DNA of 64,000 bases, taken from positions 10,898-74,897 of the forward strand of contig PBGD01000007.1 of NCBI GenBank assembly GCA_002718895.1, read 5' to 3'. This document shows, piece by piece, positions 16,898 through 27,549 of the stretch. Position numbers and translations under genes: made by a program. Source of the DNA: Flavobacteriales bacterium (lineage in GTDB: Bacteria > Bacteroidota > Bacteroidia > Flavobacteriales > TMED113). The notes below the pieces were generated by a model. The model was not told the origin of the DNA. It did no database searches and worked only from the letters and a program-made list of their open reading frames with translations. Within the stretch, counting starts at the first letter, position 1; every line of letters starts with the position of its first letter.

Positions 16898-18595
16898 CTA
16901 ATTCTCTTGGCTTAAGGACTTTAATCTTTGTATCTCCTTTTCAATTGTATCATCTTCAATTCTAGAAAATAGAAGCGAAGGCATATTTAAAGTATGTTGT
17001 GGCTTTATTAAATCTATACTAGATAAATCGCCCCATTTATAAGCCTTTATATTTAACATTTTGGTGATTTTCTTTGCTGTAAAAGGTAAAAAAGGTTCGC
17101 ATAAAACAGAGAGGTGTGCAGTTATTTGAATAGCAATATTTAATATTGTTTCAGTGCGCTCTTGACCCGTAGAAGTTTTAAATAACTTCCAAGGTTCAGT
17201 ATCTGCAAGATATTTATTTCCAGCACGTGCAAGGTCCATAATTGTTTGCAAAGCAAAGCGAAATTTATAATTTTTAATATGTTGACTCACAATCTTGTGA
17301 GTATTTTCTAACTCTTTTAGAATAGTTTTATCATCAATTTCAATTGCATGCCTTTCAGGTGTTTTTCCATCCCAATATTTGTGACAAAGCACAAGTACCC
17401 TATTGATAAAATTACCAAGGATCGCGACTAATTCATTATTATTCCTTGCTTGAAAATCCTTCCAAGTAAAATCGTTATCTTTGTTTTCGGGAGCATTTAT
17501 ACATAAAGTGTATCTTAAAACATCTTGCTGATCAGGAAAATTTTTTAAGTACTCATGAAGCCAAACAGCCCAATTCCTAGAAGTGGAAATTTTTTGCCCC
17601 TCCAAATTTAAAAATTCATTTGCAGGAACATTATTTGGTAAAATATAATCACCATGGGCTTTTAACATTGTGGGAAATATAATGCAATGAAACACAATAT
17701 TATCTTTGCCAATAAAATGTATTAATTTAGTTTTTGGATCTTTCCAATATGGTTTCCAATCTACTTTATTTTCAATCGACCACTCTCGTGTTGCTGAAAT
17801 ATAGCCAATAGGTGCATCAAACCAAACGTATAAAACTTTACCATCTTCACCTTCGATCGGCACTTTAATCCCCCAGTCTAAATCTCTTGTTACTGCTCTA
17901 GGTTTAAGTCCTGCTTCGAGCCAAGATCTACATTGACCTATTACATTTGATTTCCAATCTTCTTTTTTAGAATTTAAAATCCATTCTTTTAGCCAATTTT
18001 CATATTTGTTTAATGGCAAATACCAGTGTTTAGTCTCTTTTTGGATTAGTTCACCACCACTTAATACTGACCTAGGGTTCTTTAGTTCTGAAGGATCTAA
18101 ACTTGTTCCACATTTTTCACATTGATCTCCATAAGCAGAGTCATTATTGCAAATTGGACACTCGCCTTGAATATATCTATCAGCTAAAAAAGTGTTTTCA
18201 ATATTATCAAAATACTGTTTAGAAGTTTTTTCAATAAACTGCTTTTTTTTGTGTAATTGAGTGAAAAAATCTTTTGAAATTTCGTGATGTATTTTATTTG
18301 ATGTTCTACTGTAATAATCGAATGATACGCCAAATTGTTCAAAGGAATTTTTAATTAAAGCATGATATTTATCGACGACTTCTTTTGGAGTAATTTTGTT
18401 TTGCTTAGCTTTTATTGTTATTGGAACACCATGTTCATCAGATCCACAAACAAATAAAACATTGTTGCCTACACTTCTGTTATATCTAGCAAAAATATCT
18501 GCTGGAATATACACGCCCGCTAGATGACCAATGTGTATTGGCCCATTTGCATAGGGTAATGCTGCAGTAATAGTAAATCTAGATGAGTCGCTCAT
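16898..18595 (-). CDS. metG: Methionine--tRNA ligase (short form)
   Basis: [28 protein letters not shown] zinc knuckle, [15 protein letters not shown]. Confidence 0.97.
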   Translation of the reverse strand: MSDSSRFTITAALPYANGPIHIGHLAGVYIPADIFARYNRSVGNNVLFVCGSDEHGVPITIKAKQNKITPKEVVDKYHALIKNSFEQFGVSFDYYSRTSNKIHHEISKDFFTQLHKKKQFIEKTSKQYFDNIENTFLADRYIQGECPICNNDSAYGDQCEKCGTSLDPSELKNPRSVLSGGELIQKETKHWYLPLNKYENWLKEWILNSKKEDWKSNVIGQCRSWLEAGLKPRAVTRDLDWGIKVPIEGEDGKVLYVWFDAPIGYISATREWSIENKVDWKPYWKDPKTKLIHFIGKDNIVFHCIIFPTMLKAHGDYILPNNVPANEFLNLEGQKISTSRNWAVWLHEYLKNFPDQQDVLRYTLCINAPENKDNDFTWKDFQARNNNELVAILGNFINRVLVLCHKYWDGKTPERHAIEIDDKTILKELENTHKIVSQHIKNYKFRFALQTIMDLARAGNKYLADTEPWKLFKTSTGQERTETILNIAIQITAHLSVLCEPFLPFTAKKITKMLNIKAYKWGDLSSIDLIKPQHTLNMPSLLFSRIEDDTIEKEIQRLKSLSQEN

Positions 18596-18634
18596 AGTTT
18601 TGTATATTGTGTAAAAGTATGTTAAACATTTAGA

Positions 18635-19567
18635 ATGACAATAAATAATACTAATTCTATAGTACCTCCTTATTTAGTTAAAGGAGATTTAATTGAAATT
18701 ATTGCACCAGCAAGGTATGTAACTCAAGAAGATATAAATTTTTCTATAAAATTAGTGGAAAAAGCGGGTTTCAAGGTCAAAATTAACTCAAGTGTTTATC
18801 AACAGCATAATATATTTGGAGGAACCCTTTTATCAAGATCAAATAATCTTCAAAATGCTTTAGATAATAGTGAAAGTAAGGCTATATTATTTGCTAGAGG
18901 GGGTTATGGGACAATTCAAATTATTGATAAAATAAATTTCATACAATTTAAAAATAGTCCAAAATGGCTTATAGGTTTCAGCGATATTACAGTACTATTA
19001 TCTCATATCTATTCAGTTTTTAATATTCAATCTATTCACGGACCAATGGCTTTCAACTTTAAAAGAACTAATCTAAACAATTTAAATGCTTTGTTTGATG
19101 TTTTACAAGGTCAGTCAAAGAATTTAAAATGTCCAAGTAGTAAATTTAATAAAACAGGATCTGCTTCAGGAACACTTTTCGGAGGTAATTTATCTGTTTT
19201 GTGTAGTTTAATTGGATCACGCTCTTTTCCATTAAATGATGCAAAAATTGTCTTTTTTATAGAAGATGTTGACGAGTACTTATATCACTTGGAAAGAATG
19301 ATATATACTTTAGATAGATGTGGGTTTTTTAACAAAGTACAAGGCTTAATTATTGGAGAAATGAAAAATATATTAGATAATGAAATAAAATTTGGCAAAA
19401 ACATAAATAATCTGATTTTAGATATAGTTGACAAATATGATTTTCCAGTTTGTTTTGATTTTCCTTTTGGACACAACCGCAATAACACTCCGCTTGTATT
19501 TGGGGCAAATGTTAAGCTAGAAGTTAATAAATTTGATACAAATCTCTACTTTCACAATGAGTATTAA
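18635..19567 (+). CDS. LD-carboxypeptidase, peptidase S66
   Basis: ARGGYG, IGFSDIT, HGPM, GGNLS, FIEDVDE, PFGH. Confidence 0.93.
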   Translation: MTINNTNSIVPPYLVKGDLIEIIAPARYVTQEDINFSIKLVEKAGFKVKINSSVYQQHNIFGGTLLSRSNNLQNALDNSESKAILFARGGYGTIQIIDKINFIQFKNSPKWLIGFSDITVLLSHIYSVFNIQSIHGPMAFNFKRTNLNNLNALFDVLQGQSKNLKCPSSKFNKTGSASGTLFGGNLSVLCSLIGSRSFPLNDAKIVFFIEDVDEYLYHLERMIYTLDRCGFFNKVQGLIIGEMKNILDNEIKFGKNINNLILDIVDKYDFPVCFDFPFGHNRNNTPLVFGANVKLEVNKFDTNLYFHNEY

Positions 19568-20282
19568 AACAAAAAATAAAGTTAGATTAAATAAGTTTAT
19601 TGCAATTTGTGGTGTTTGCTCTAGAAGGAAAGCTGATGAAATGATTCAGCAAGGACTGGTTATGGTAAATAAAAAAACTATAACCCAATTAGGGTATTAT
19701 GTAGACCCCAATGATATAGTTTGCGTAAGAGGCAAAAAAATTAAACCCGAAAAGAAACAATATATTTTACTTAATAAGCCCAAGGGCTATATAACAACAT
19801 TGAGTGATGAAAAAAACAGAAAAACAGTGATGTGTTTAATTAATTCTTCATTTAATGAACGACTATTCCCTGTTGGTAGGTTAGATAAAGATACTACAGG
19901 CTTATTGTTATTTACCAACGATGGTGATATTGCAAAAAAATTAACTCATCCAAAATATGAGGTAAAAAAATCATATAATGTATCTTTAAACAAGCAAGTT
20001 CCATTACTAGTGTTAGAAAACATAAAAAAAGGAGTACAACTAGATGATGGTATTATGAGAGTGGATTCAATAGATTATCTAGACGACTCAAAAAGAAATA
20101 TAACGTTAACTATTCATAGCGGAAAGAACAGAGTCATTAGAAGACTTTTTGAACACTTTAGTTTTGATGTTAAGAAATTAGATAGAGTTGGATACTCCTT
20201 CCTAACTAAGAAAAATTTGAGACAAGCAAATTGGAGGCTGTTAACACCCCAAGAAATTAAAAAATTAAAGAAAAATCACTAA
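19557..20282 (+). CDS. rRNA pseudouridine synthase (RsuA/RluB family)
   Basis: S4 domain RLNKFIA..GVCSRRKAD, NKPKG, PVGRLDKDTTGLLL, GKNRVIRR. ATG 19557 preferred over TTG 19533. Confidence 0.93.
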   Translation: MSIKTKNKVRLNKFIAICGVCSRRKADEMIQQGLVMVNKKTITQLGYYVDPNDIVCVRGKKIKPEKKQYILLNKPKGYITTLSDEKNRKTVMCLINSSFNERLFPVGRLDKDTTGLLLFTNDGDIAKKLTHPKYEVKKSYNVSLNKQVPLLVLENIKKGVQLDDGIMRVDSIDYLDDSKRNITLTIHSGKNRVIRRLFEHFSFDVKKLDRVGYSFLTKKNLRQANWRLLTPQEIKKLKKNH

Positions 20283-20301
20283 ATTATTATTTATAAATTA
20301 T

Positions 20302-21441
20302 ATGTTTAATTTGTTAGGTGTATTCTCAAATAAGTTTTTATTTTTTTTAGCCGCATTAATTATAGGGTCAACATTATGGTATACCAATAATTTAGCATCT
20401 CAATTTAAAATTGAAGAAGAAAAAAAAGTAGCTCTTTGGGCAAGAGCTACAAAAGAACTTTCTAATTTGAATAATTCAAATATTGATGTGGGTTTTATTT
20501 TTGATGTGGTAAATAACAATACTTCGATACCTGCAATTTTAGTAGATGACCATGGGGCTATTGTGCATGCAATTAATTTAAATCCTAACCAGTCTCCAGA
20601 AATCACTTTAGATTTAATGCAAAGAAGATATCCTAATCAACGTATTGAGATAGACTTAATAGATGGTACAAAAAATTTCATTTATTATAAAGACTCTAAA
20701 CTACTTCAAAGATTAAAATACTTTCCAGTTTTTATGTTTTCTATCATTGCTGCATTTATGCTTGTGGCATATTCTGCTTTTAGTAATGCAAGAATTGCAC
20801 AGCAAAATAAAGTTTGGACTGGAATGGCAAAAGAAACAGCACACCAAATAGGAACTCCTCTATCATCTTTAATGGGATGGCTAGAGCATTTAAAAGAACA
20901 AAGTGTTAATGAAGATGTTTGTAAGGAAATAGAAAACGATCTTACTAGACTCAGTGTTATTGCTAACAGATTTTCTAAAATAGGATCTTTACCATCTTTA
21001 GAAAAACAAGATATAATACCAATTATTGATAATTCAATTAATTACATGAAAAATAGAGCATCATCTAAGATTACTTTTCAAATTGTTTCACAAACAAAAT
21101 CTGCAGATGCGTATATTAATAAAGATTTATTTGAATGGGTTATAGAAAATATGATGAAAAATTCTATAGATGTTTTACAAGAAAAGGGAAGCATAGTTTT
21201 TAAAATTTCAAATGATAAACATTATCTTGTGTTAGATATTATAGATAATGGAAAAGGAATTAAAAAGCAGTTTTTTAATGAAATTTTTCAGCCAGGATTT
21301 ACTTCAAAGAAAAGAGGCTGGGGACTAGGATTGTCTTTAGTAAAACGAATTATTAAAGACTATCATAATGGCAAAGTTAGGGTAGTTAAATCTGTTCCAT
21401 TTAAAGAAACTATAATTAGAGTTTTATTAAACAAAAAATAA
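20302..21441 (+). CDS. Membrane sensor histidine kinase
   Basis: Two TM helices; H-box ETAHQIGTPLS, N-box ENMMKNS, DNGKG, F-box FQPGFTSK, GWGLGL. Confidence 0.93.
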   Translation: MFNLLGVFSNKFLFFLAALIIGSTLWYTNNLASQFKIEEEKKVALWARATKELSNLNNSNIDVGFIFDVVNNNTSIPAILVDDHGAIVHAINLNPNQSPEITLDLMQRRYPNQRIEIDLIDGTKNFIYYKDSKLLQRLKYFPVFMFSIIAAFMLVAYSAFSNARIAQQNKVWTGMAKETAHQIGTPLSSLMGWLEHLKEQSVNEDVCKEIENDLTRLSVIANRFSKIGSLPSLEKQDIIPIIDNSINYMKNRASSKITFQIVSQTKSADAYINKDLFEWVIENMMKNSIDVLQEKGSIVFKISNDKHYLVLDIIDNGKGIKKQFFNEIFQPGFTSKKRGWGLGLSLVKRIIKDYHNGKVRVVKSVPFKETIIRVLLNKK

Positions 21442-22568
21442 TGCCGGGAATATATATTCATATTCCATTTTGTTCACAAGCTTGTCATTATTGTGACTTT
21501 CACTTTTCTACTTCATTGAAAATAAAAAATCGGGTAATTTCTTGTATTAACAAAGAAATAAAATTAAAAAAAACATACCTTAAAGACCCACTAATTGAAA
21601 GTGTTTATTTTGGTGGAGGCACACCATCTTTATTGTCTTCAAAATTAATTAATAAAATTCTGAGCTCAATTAGATCAAGTTATAAGTTGGCTCAAAATGT
21701 AGAAATAACTATAGAAGCCAACCCAGAAGATATATCAAAAAACAAAATAGACAATTGGACACAAATGGGTATAAATAGGCTCAGTTTAGGTGTCCAATCT
21801 TTTAGAGACAGTGACTTAAAGTACATGAATAGATCCCATAATTGTAATCAAATAATTTCAGCCTTAGATTTATTAATTTCATCAAAAATTGATAATATTT
21901 CAATTGATTTAATTTATGGCTTCCCCCAACTAACAGATTCTTTTTGGGTTGACAATTTAAATAAGGCAATTAAGTTTAATGTTCAGCATATTTCTTGTTA
22001 TTGCTTAACAGTTGAAAAACAGACTCCTCTATATCACTTCATTAAAAACGGAACAGCTAAGCCTCTAAATCCTCAACAGGGAGCAAGTCAATTTTTAAAT
22101 TCAAAAGAGATACTAAAAAATAATGGATACATCCATTATGAAATTTCTAATTTTTCAAAACCTGGTTTTGAATCAGTCCATAATAGAAATTATTGGAATC
22201 GGTCTCATTATATTGGTATTGGGCCCTCGGCACACTCTTATAATGGTACCAGTCGACAGTGGAATCTTTCTAATAATACTAAATATTGTGAAAGTATTGA
22301 AAACAATAGAAGCTATTATAATGTTGAAATACTATCAAAAAAAAATATTATAAATGAATATATTTTAACCAACATTAGAACTTCAAATGGTATAGATTTA
22401 AAATCGCTTTCATCTTACATGAACAATGATGAATATAAAAGGTTCAAAAATAAAATGTCAGAACTAATGCAATCAGATTTTCTTACAATTCATAAAGATA
22501 AATTATTGCTTAGTGAAAAAGGAATGTTATTTGCTGATAGTATTTCAGAAGATTTATTTATAATTTAA
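21441..22568 (+). CDS. hemW: Radical SAM heme chaperone HemW
   Basis: GIYIHIPFCSQACHYCDF, YFGGGTPS, YEISNF, HNRNYW. Confidence 0.92.
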   Translation: MPGIYIHIPFCSQACHYCDFHFSTSLKIKNRVISCINKEIKLKKTYLKDPLIESVYFGGGTPSLLSSKLINKILSSIRSSYKLAQNVEITIEANPEDISKNKIDNWTQMGINRLSLGVQSFRDSDLKYMNRSHNCNQIISALDLLISSKIDNISIDLIYGFPQLTDSFWVDNLNKAIKFNVQHISCYCLTVEKQTPLYHFIKNGTAKPLNPQQGASQFLNSKEILKNNGYIHYEISNFSKPGFESVHNRNYWNRSHYIGIGPSAHSYNGTSRQWNLSNNTKYCESIENNRSYYNVEILSKKNIINEYILTNIRTSNGIDLKSLSSYMNNDEYKRFKNKMSELMQSDFLTIHKDKLLLSEKGMLFADSISEDLFII

Positions 22569-22576
22569 CATTGTAA

Positions 22577-23335
22577 ATGATAACTAATATCAAATATAAA
22601 AACAGCTTTTATTATGCTGATTTGACAAAGCCTCTAGATATATCAATACCTATTCATAGTGAAGGAGTTAGTGCTTGGGGTCTGAAACAACCAATTATTG
22701 AGCCAGTTAGAAGTAAAGATTGGGTTGGAGATACAAATCAAGGTTCTCCTGTAAATTTTAATAATATTTTTTTCAATCCTCATGCTCACTCTACACACAC
22801 GGAATGTTTAGGGCATATTAGTAAAACCAAGGAATCTTTAAATGATACATTAAGGTCCTTTTTTTTTATTTCTAAATTAATTTCTGTTAAGCCAAAGAAA
22901 AAATATAATGATTGTGTTATAACTAAACATACTTTATCCCCCCTGATAAGTAAGGATGATAATATTGATGCTTTGATTATTCGAACTTTGCCAAATTTAG
23001 AAAAGAAAAAATCTCAAAATTACACTAATACTAATCCAATTTATCTTTTGGAGGAAGCTGCAAGGTATTTATCTGAAATAAATATCAATCATTTATTAAT
23101 CGATGTTCCTTCTATTGATAAAGAAGATGACAATGGAGCACTAAGTTCACATAAAGCTTTTTGGAATTTTTCAGGCACTTTACGTTACGGAAGTACTATT
23201 ACAGAACTTATTTATGTTCCTGAAAAAATATGCGATGGCCTATATTTATTAAACTTACAATTTATCCCATTTCAAAATGATGCATCTCCAAGCCGACCTG
23301 TTTTGTTTAAATTAGAAAAAAACAATGCATTATGA
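22577..23335 (+). CDS. Cyclase-family metal hydrolase (kynurenine formamidase KynB-like)
   Basis: DISIP, PHAHSTHTECLGH, IDVPSID, ITEL, DASPSRP. Confidence 0.85.
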   Translation: MITNIKYKNSFYYADLTKPLDISIPIHSEGVSAWGLKQPIIEPVRSKDWVGDTNQGSPVNFNNIFFNPHAHSTHTECLGHISKTKESLNDTLRSFFFISKLISVKPKKKYNDCVITKHTLSPLISKDDNIDALIIRTLPNLEKKKSQNYTNTNPIYLLEEAARYLSEININHLLIDVPSIDKEDDNGALSSHKAFWNFSGTLRYGSTITELIYVPEKICDGLYLLNLQFIPFQNDASPSRPVLFKLEKNNAL

Positions 23336-25248
23336 ATGCAAATATAAAATACTGTAACAATTGGACTAATTATTCCCGTTTACAAACAAGAGAAGTTATG
23401 GTGGGAAATATTGGCGTTGGAGGATCTCACCCGATCAGAATTCAATCAATGACAACAACTAGCACAATGGATACGAAATCATCTGTAGAGCAAGCCATCT
23501 CAATGATTAAAGCAGGTTGTGAGCTAGTCAGATTTACTGCACCCAATATAAAAGAAGCTGAAAATTTAGCCAATATAAAGGACGCATTATTAAATAAGGG
23601 ATATACTACACCCATTGTTGCGGATATACACTTTACTCCAAATGCGGCTATTGCTGCAGCTAAAATTGTAGAAAAAGTTAGAATTAACCCTGGCAATTTT
23701 TCTGACAAAAAAAAATTTAATTTAAGCACATACTCTTCTGCACAATATTCTGATGAGTTAAAACGAATTGAAGAAAAATTTCATCCCTTAATAGATACAT
23801 GTATCAATCATAATACCGCCATGAGAATTGGCACTAACCATGGCTCGCTTTCAGATAGAATAATGAGTCAATATGGTGACACCCCACTTGGCATGGTGGA
23901 ATCTGCATTAGAATTTGTCCGTATTTGTGAAAAATATAATTTTTTCAATATTATTCTTTCAATGAAAGCTAGTAATACTATTGTTATGACCCAGGCCTAT
24001 AGACTACTTGTCTCAAAAATGCATCAAGAAAACATGAATTATCCTCTACATCTTGGTGTCACAGAAGCTGGAGAGGGAGACGATGGCAGGATCAAATCTG
24101 CTATTGGAATAGGGTCGTTATTAATGGATGGAATAGGCGATACAATTCGTGTGTCATTAACAGAGTCGCCTGAAAAAGAAATGCCTGTTGCAAAAAATAT
24201 TATAGAATATATTAATAAAAATAAAAACCACCCTCTCTTAGAAACAACAAAAACTGAGATTAACCCCATTGAATATTCTAGGAGAAAAACCATTTCAGTT
24301 TTAAATATTGGTCAAAAAAGTCCACCAATTGTAATAGCAGATTATAGAATGAAAAATAAAATTGATATTAATAGTTTTAGAGATATTGGATATACTTTTT
24401 TAAATAAATTGGATAAATGGTCAATTAGTCAAACTGCGGCAGACTATGTTTTTGTTGGTAAGCGAAATATTGATTTTAAGCTTCCTGGTAGCTTGCGTGT
24501 TATTTATGATTATGAAAATTGGATTGACACCAAAAATGGTTATCCACTTTTTAATAGCGATGAATTTTTGTCAAGCTTATATTTTTCTAAAAAATTAAAC
24601 TTTCTTAAAGTTCAAAAAAGTGATTTATCAGAAGATCTAATGCAAAAGATCAAAGAAAATAACAAAGTTGTTCTTTTAATTGAAAGTCATCATCAAAATT
24701 TTATTGGAGAACTTCGCACAATATTTAACAAGCTTATTAGTAATAATATAAAAGCTCCAGTTGTTTTAAGTTCTGATCAATCAGATTTAAACAAGGATTA
24801 TATTCAAATATTTTCATCCATAGATTTAGGCAGTTTAATGTTAGATGGATTGGGAGATGGTATTATGATTCAGGCTTTAAATTCAGAAACTTATTACATA
24901 AATAAATTAGCATTTAATATTTTGCAGGCAACAAGGACGCGTATTTCTAAAACTGAATATATATCATGTCCTTCTTGTGGAAGAACACAGTTTGATTTAG
25001 AAAAAACAACTCAAAAAATAAGAAAAGCAACCTCACATTTAAAGGGTTTAAAAATAGGAGTTATGGGCTGTATAGTAAATGGACCCGGTGAAATGGCAGA
25101 TGCTGATTATGGTTATGTTGGAACTGGCCCTGGAAAAATCAGCTTGTACAAACAGAAAAATATGATAAAAAAAAATATACCTACTGACAAGGCTCTTGAA
25201 GAATTAATTTTATTAATTAAATCAAATGGTGATTGGGTTGACTGTTAA
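23332..25248 (+). CDS. ispG: (E)-4-hydroxy-3-methylbut-2-enyl-diphosphate synthase, long form
   Basis: IQSMTT, VADIHF, RINPGN, RIGTNHGSL, HLGVTEAG, CPSCGRT, VMGCIVNGPGE. Confidence 0.97.
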   Translation: MNANIKYCNNWTNYSRLQTREVMVGNIGVGGSHPIRIQSMTTTSTMDTKSSVEQAISMIKAGCELVRFTAPNIKEAENLANIKDALLNKGYTTPIVADIHFTPNAAIAAAKIVEKVRINPGNFSDKKKFNLSTYSSAQYSDELKRIEEKFHPLIDTCINHNTAMRIGTNHGSLSDRIMSQYGDTPLGMVESALEFVRICEKYNFFNIILSMKASNTIVMTQAYRLLVSKMHQENMNYPLHLGVTEAGEGDDGRIKSAIGIGSLLMDGIGDTIRVSLTESPEKEMPVAKNIIEYINKNKNHPLLETTKTEINPIEYSRRKTISVLNIGQKSPPIVIADYRMKNKIDINSFRDIGYTFLNKLDKWSISQTAADYVFVGKRNIDFKLPGSLRVIYDYENWIDTKNGYPLFNSDEFLSSLYFSKKLNFLKVQKSDLSEDLMQKIKENNKVVLLIESHHQNFIGELRTIFNKLISNNIKAPVVLSSDQSDLNKDYIQIFSSIDLGSLMLDGLGDGIMIQALNSETYYINKLAFNILQATRTRISKTEYISCPSCGRTQFDLEKTTQKIRKATSHLKGLKIGVMGCIVNGPGEMADADYGYVGTGPGKISLYKQKNMIKKNIPTDKALEELILLIKSNGDWVDC

Positions 25249-26543
25249 TGATGAGTAGAAATTTTATTAAGAGAATCTATATTAATAAGTTCATTTGGAT
25301 AATGAATAGATTCTAGTTTTTTCATCCATTTGTTTTTAATCAGTTCAAAATTATTTTTATTAGATTCTTTGACTGGCTTTGATGATGGCAGTTGTGTTTT
25401 GAATGGATCTACTTGTTTCCCATTTTTCCAAAACCTATAACAAACATGTGGTCCAGTTGCTTGACCAGATCTTCCTACATAGCCAATTATATCAACACCT
25501 TGTTGTACCTTTTTGCCTCTTTTAATTTTATTTCGTTTCCAAAGCGTTTTGCTAGATTTGTCCATATGTAAATATTGTGTTGTGTAAGTGGAATTGTGTT
25601 TTATTTTAACATAATAGCCATTATATTTATTGTAAGAAGTTTCAATTATTTCACCATCAGCAGTACTGTATATTGGTGTGCCAATTGGTGCTGCAAAATC
25701 GGTGCCAAAATGCCCTTTCCATCTACCAGTTACGGGGTGTTTTCTTCTATTTGTAAACCTAGAAGATATTCTTGTGAATGAAACAGGAGCTTTTAAAAAA
25801 AACTTTCTTAAATTATTACCTTTTTCATCAAAATAATCTTCAAAGCCTTGGACTTCATTAAATGCAATGGCATAGTAATTGATTTTGTTTGAGTTAAATA
25901 ATGCTGCATGAACTTTTCCTACTCCAATAAATTCCCCATCTACATATTTCGCATCATATATTACCTTAAATTTATCTCCAGGCTTAACTCTGAAGAAGTC
26001 AATTGTCCATGGATAGATTTCGTCAGCAAAAATATTTACTAGTTTAGCAGAAAGATTACTTTCTTCCATGGCATACCACAAAGAAGAGTTTATAACGCCA
26101 GATCCTGTTTTTTCTTTAATTGTAACTTGTTTTTTATCCAGATAAACTATTGGTGGCGCTGTTAAATTAGCAACTAAGAAATCTACTTTATTAATTTCAT
26201 AAACAAAATATTTTAGTTTAGTTTTTAATGTATCGTCAAAAATCAAAGTGTAATTAGCATCAGCGGCAATTTCTCTCAGGTCAAATATAGGTCTTGATAA
26301 TTTTGCAACTTGATCAATTGTTTTGAAGTCAATGTTATGTGTTCTTAGAATATCTCCAACAAATTCATTTTTAAGAATTTTTTTATCTAAATAATATAAG
26401 TCATCTAACTTAATATTATAACGATATTTTTTAGAGATGATTTCGGAAACTACTGGCTTGTTATATTCATCAATTTTTTTTTTTTGAGACTTTATGCAGC
26501 CACTCAAAATCAAAATAATTATGTTAAATAAAAGTATTCTCAT
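25245..26543 (-). CDS. M23 family peptidoglycan DD-endopeptidase (MepM-like)
   Basis: HFGTDFAAP.GTP, YLHM, ATGPHVCY; lipoprotein-like LSGC N-terminus. Confidence 0.92.
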   Translation of the reverse strand: MRILLFNIIILILSGCIKSQKKKIDEYNKPVVSEIISKKYRYNIKLDDLYYLDKKILKNEFVGDILRTHNIDFKTIDQVAKLSRPIFDLREIAADANYTLIFDDTLKTKLKYFVYEINKVDFLVANLTAPPIVYLDKKQVTIKEKTGSGVINSSLWYAMEESNLSAKLVNIFADEIYPWTIDFFRVKPGDKFKVIYDAKYVDGEFIGVGKVHAALFNSNKINYYAIAFNEVQGFEDYFDEKGNNLRKFFLKAPVSFTRISSRFTNRRKHPVTGRWKGHFGTDFAAPIGTPIYSTADGEIIETSYNKYNGYYVKIKHNSTYTTQYLHMDKSSKTLWKRNKIKRGKKVQQGVDIIGYVGRSGQATGPHVCYRFWKNGKQVDPFKTQLPSSKPVKESNKNNFELIKNKWMKKLESIHYPNELINIDSLNKISTHH

Positions 26544-27512
26544 TTATATATTTATTGATTCAACCCATTTCCTACCCCATTGATTTCTTTCTTCTTTGGA
26601 CCACAAATTAGGAAAAAATATAATTTTTTGAAACCTGGGAGGGAGATATTCCTCCCAATTTGTGCCACCTGTAGCAGCTACTCTTTTATTTTTTATTTTT
26701 AAATACTTAGCAGCAGATTTATAGTGTGCTAGTTTCCAATGAATATTAAAGTTGTAATCATATTCTTTTAAAAGATTTACCAATTGAGAGTTTGCTTGAT
26801 CTTTTTTTGATAAGCTGAGATATTTTTCAAGTAAGTTTTTGCCTTTCATTTTTGTAGAAAGTTTTATTAGTTCTGGGTCATATTTTTTTTCAAATTGTTT
26901 AAGTGTGTAAGTTTTTGTTCCAGTTTTCATTTCATTAGCTCCTGATTTCCAATAGATGTTTTTGTATTGTGGATTTTTTAAGGATTTCTTTGTATTAGTA
27001 AGAAAACTTAATTGCGTTGAACGCAGCTCCATCATTCTAAATTGTGCACTTTGAAAACCACTGCTAGGAAGTAAAGCCATTCGGAATTTTAGAAATTGAT
27101 CTTTCTCCATTCCATTGATCATTATTTCAAAAGAATCAATTAAGTTCTTAAAATATCTATTTAATCTAATCATCTTTTCGATGAATAAGTTAACATTTAT
27201 TTTTTTGTTCCAACCCTTGTCTTCACCTGAAGGAAGCACAAGCCTTCCGTTCTCATTTATTTGCTCTAATTCTAATAGACATAATTTGAAATACAGCTCA
27301 GTTATTTGATGATAAATAATAAAAATATTTTCATCAGGAAAATCTGTTTTAGGCTGTTGAATTGAAAGCAAAGTTTCCAAATTAATATAGTTCCAGTAGT
27401 TGATATAGTCAGAGATTAAAAGCCCATCTAAATAAGAGTACAAATCTTGACCTGTAGCAGAATATTTAGATGATAAATCAGTAATTTTTTCTAAAATTTT
27501 TGTTTTATTCAT
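26544..27512 (-). CDS. kynA: Tryptophan 2,3-dioxygenase
   Basis: YINLETLLS.Q, FIIYHQITELYFK, SGFQSAQFR, ATGGT. Confidence 0.9.
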   Translation of the reverse strand: MNKTKILEKITDLSSKYSATGQDLYSYLDGLLISDYINYWNYINLETLLSIQQPKTDFPDENIFIIYHQITELYFKLCLLELEQINENGRLVLPSGEDKGWNKKINVNLFIEKMIRLNRYFKNLIDSFEIMINGMEKDQFLKFRMALLPSSGFQSAQFRMMELRSTQLSFLTNTKKSLKNPQYKNIYWKSGANEMKTGTKTYTLKQFEKKYDPELIKLSTKMKGKNLLEKYLSLSKKDQANSQLVNLLKEYDYNFNIHWKLAHYKSAAKYLKIKNKRVAATGGTNWEEYLPPRFQKIIFFPNLWSKEERNQWGRKWVESINI

Positions 27513-27549
27513 TTTTACTTGGGTTATTCTAATTAAATATAAAGATAAA

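Noticed and set aside
20302-21441. Histidine kinase with no neighbouring response regulator
   Set aside because: Orphan kinases of this type beside hemW are ordinary in Bacteroidota.
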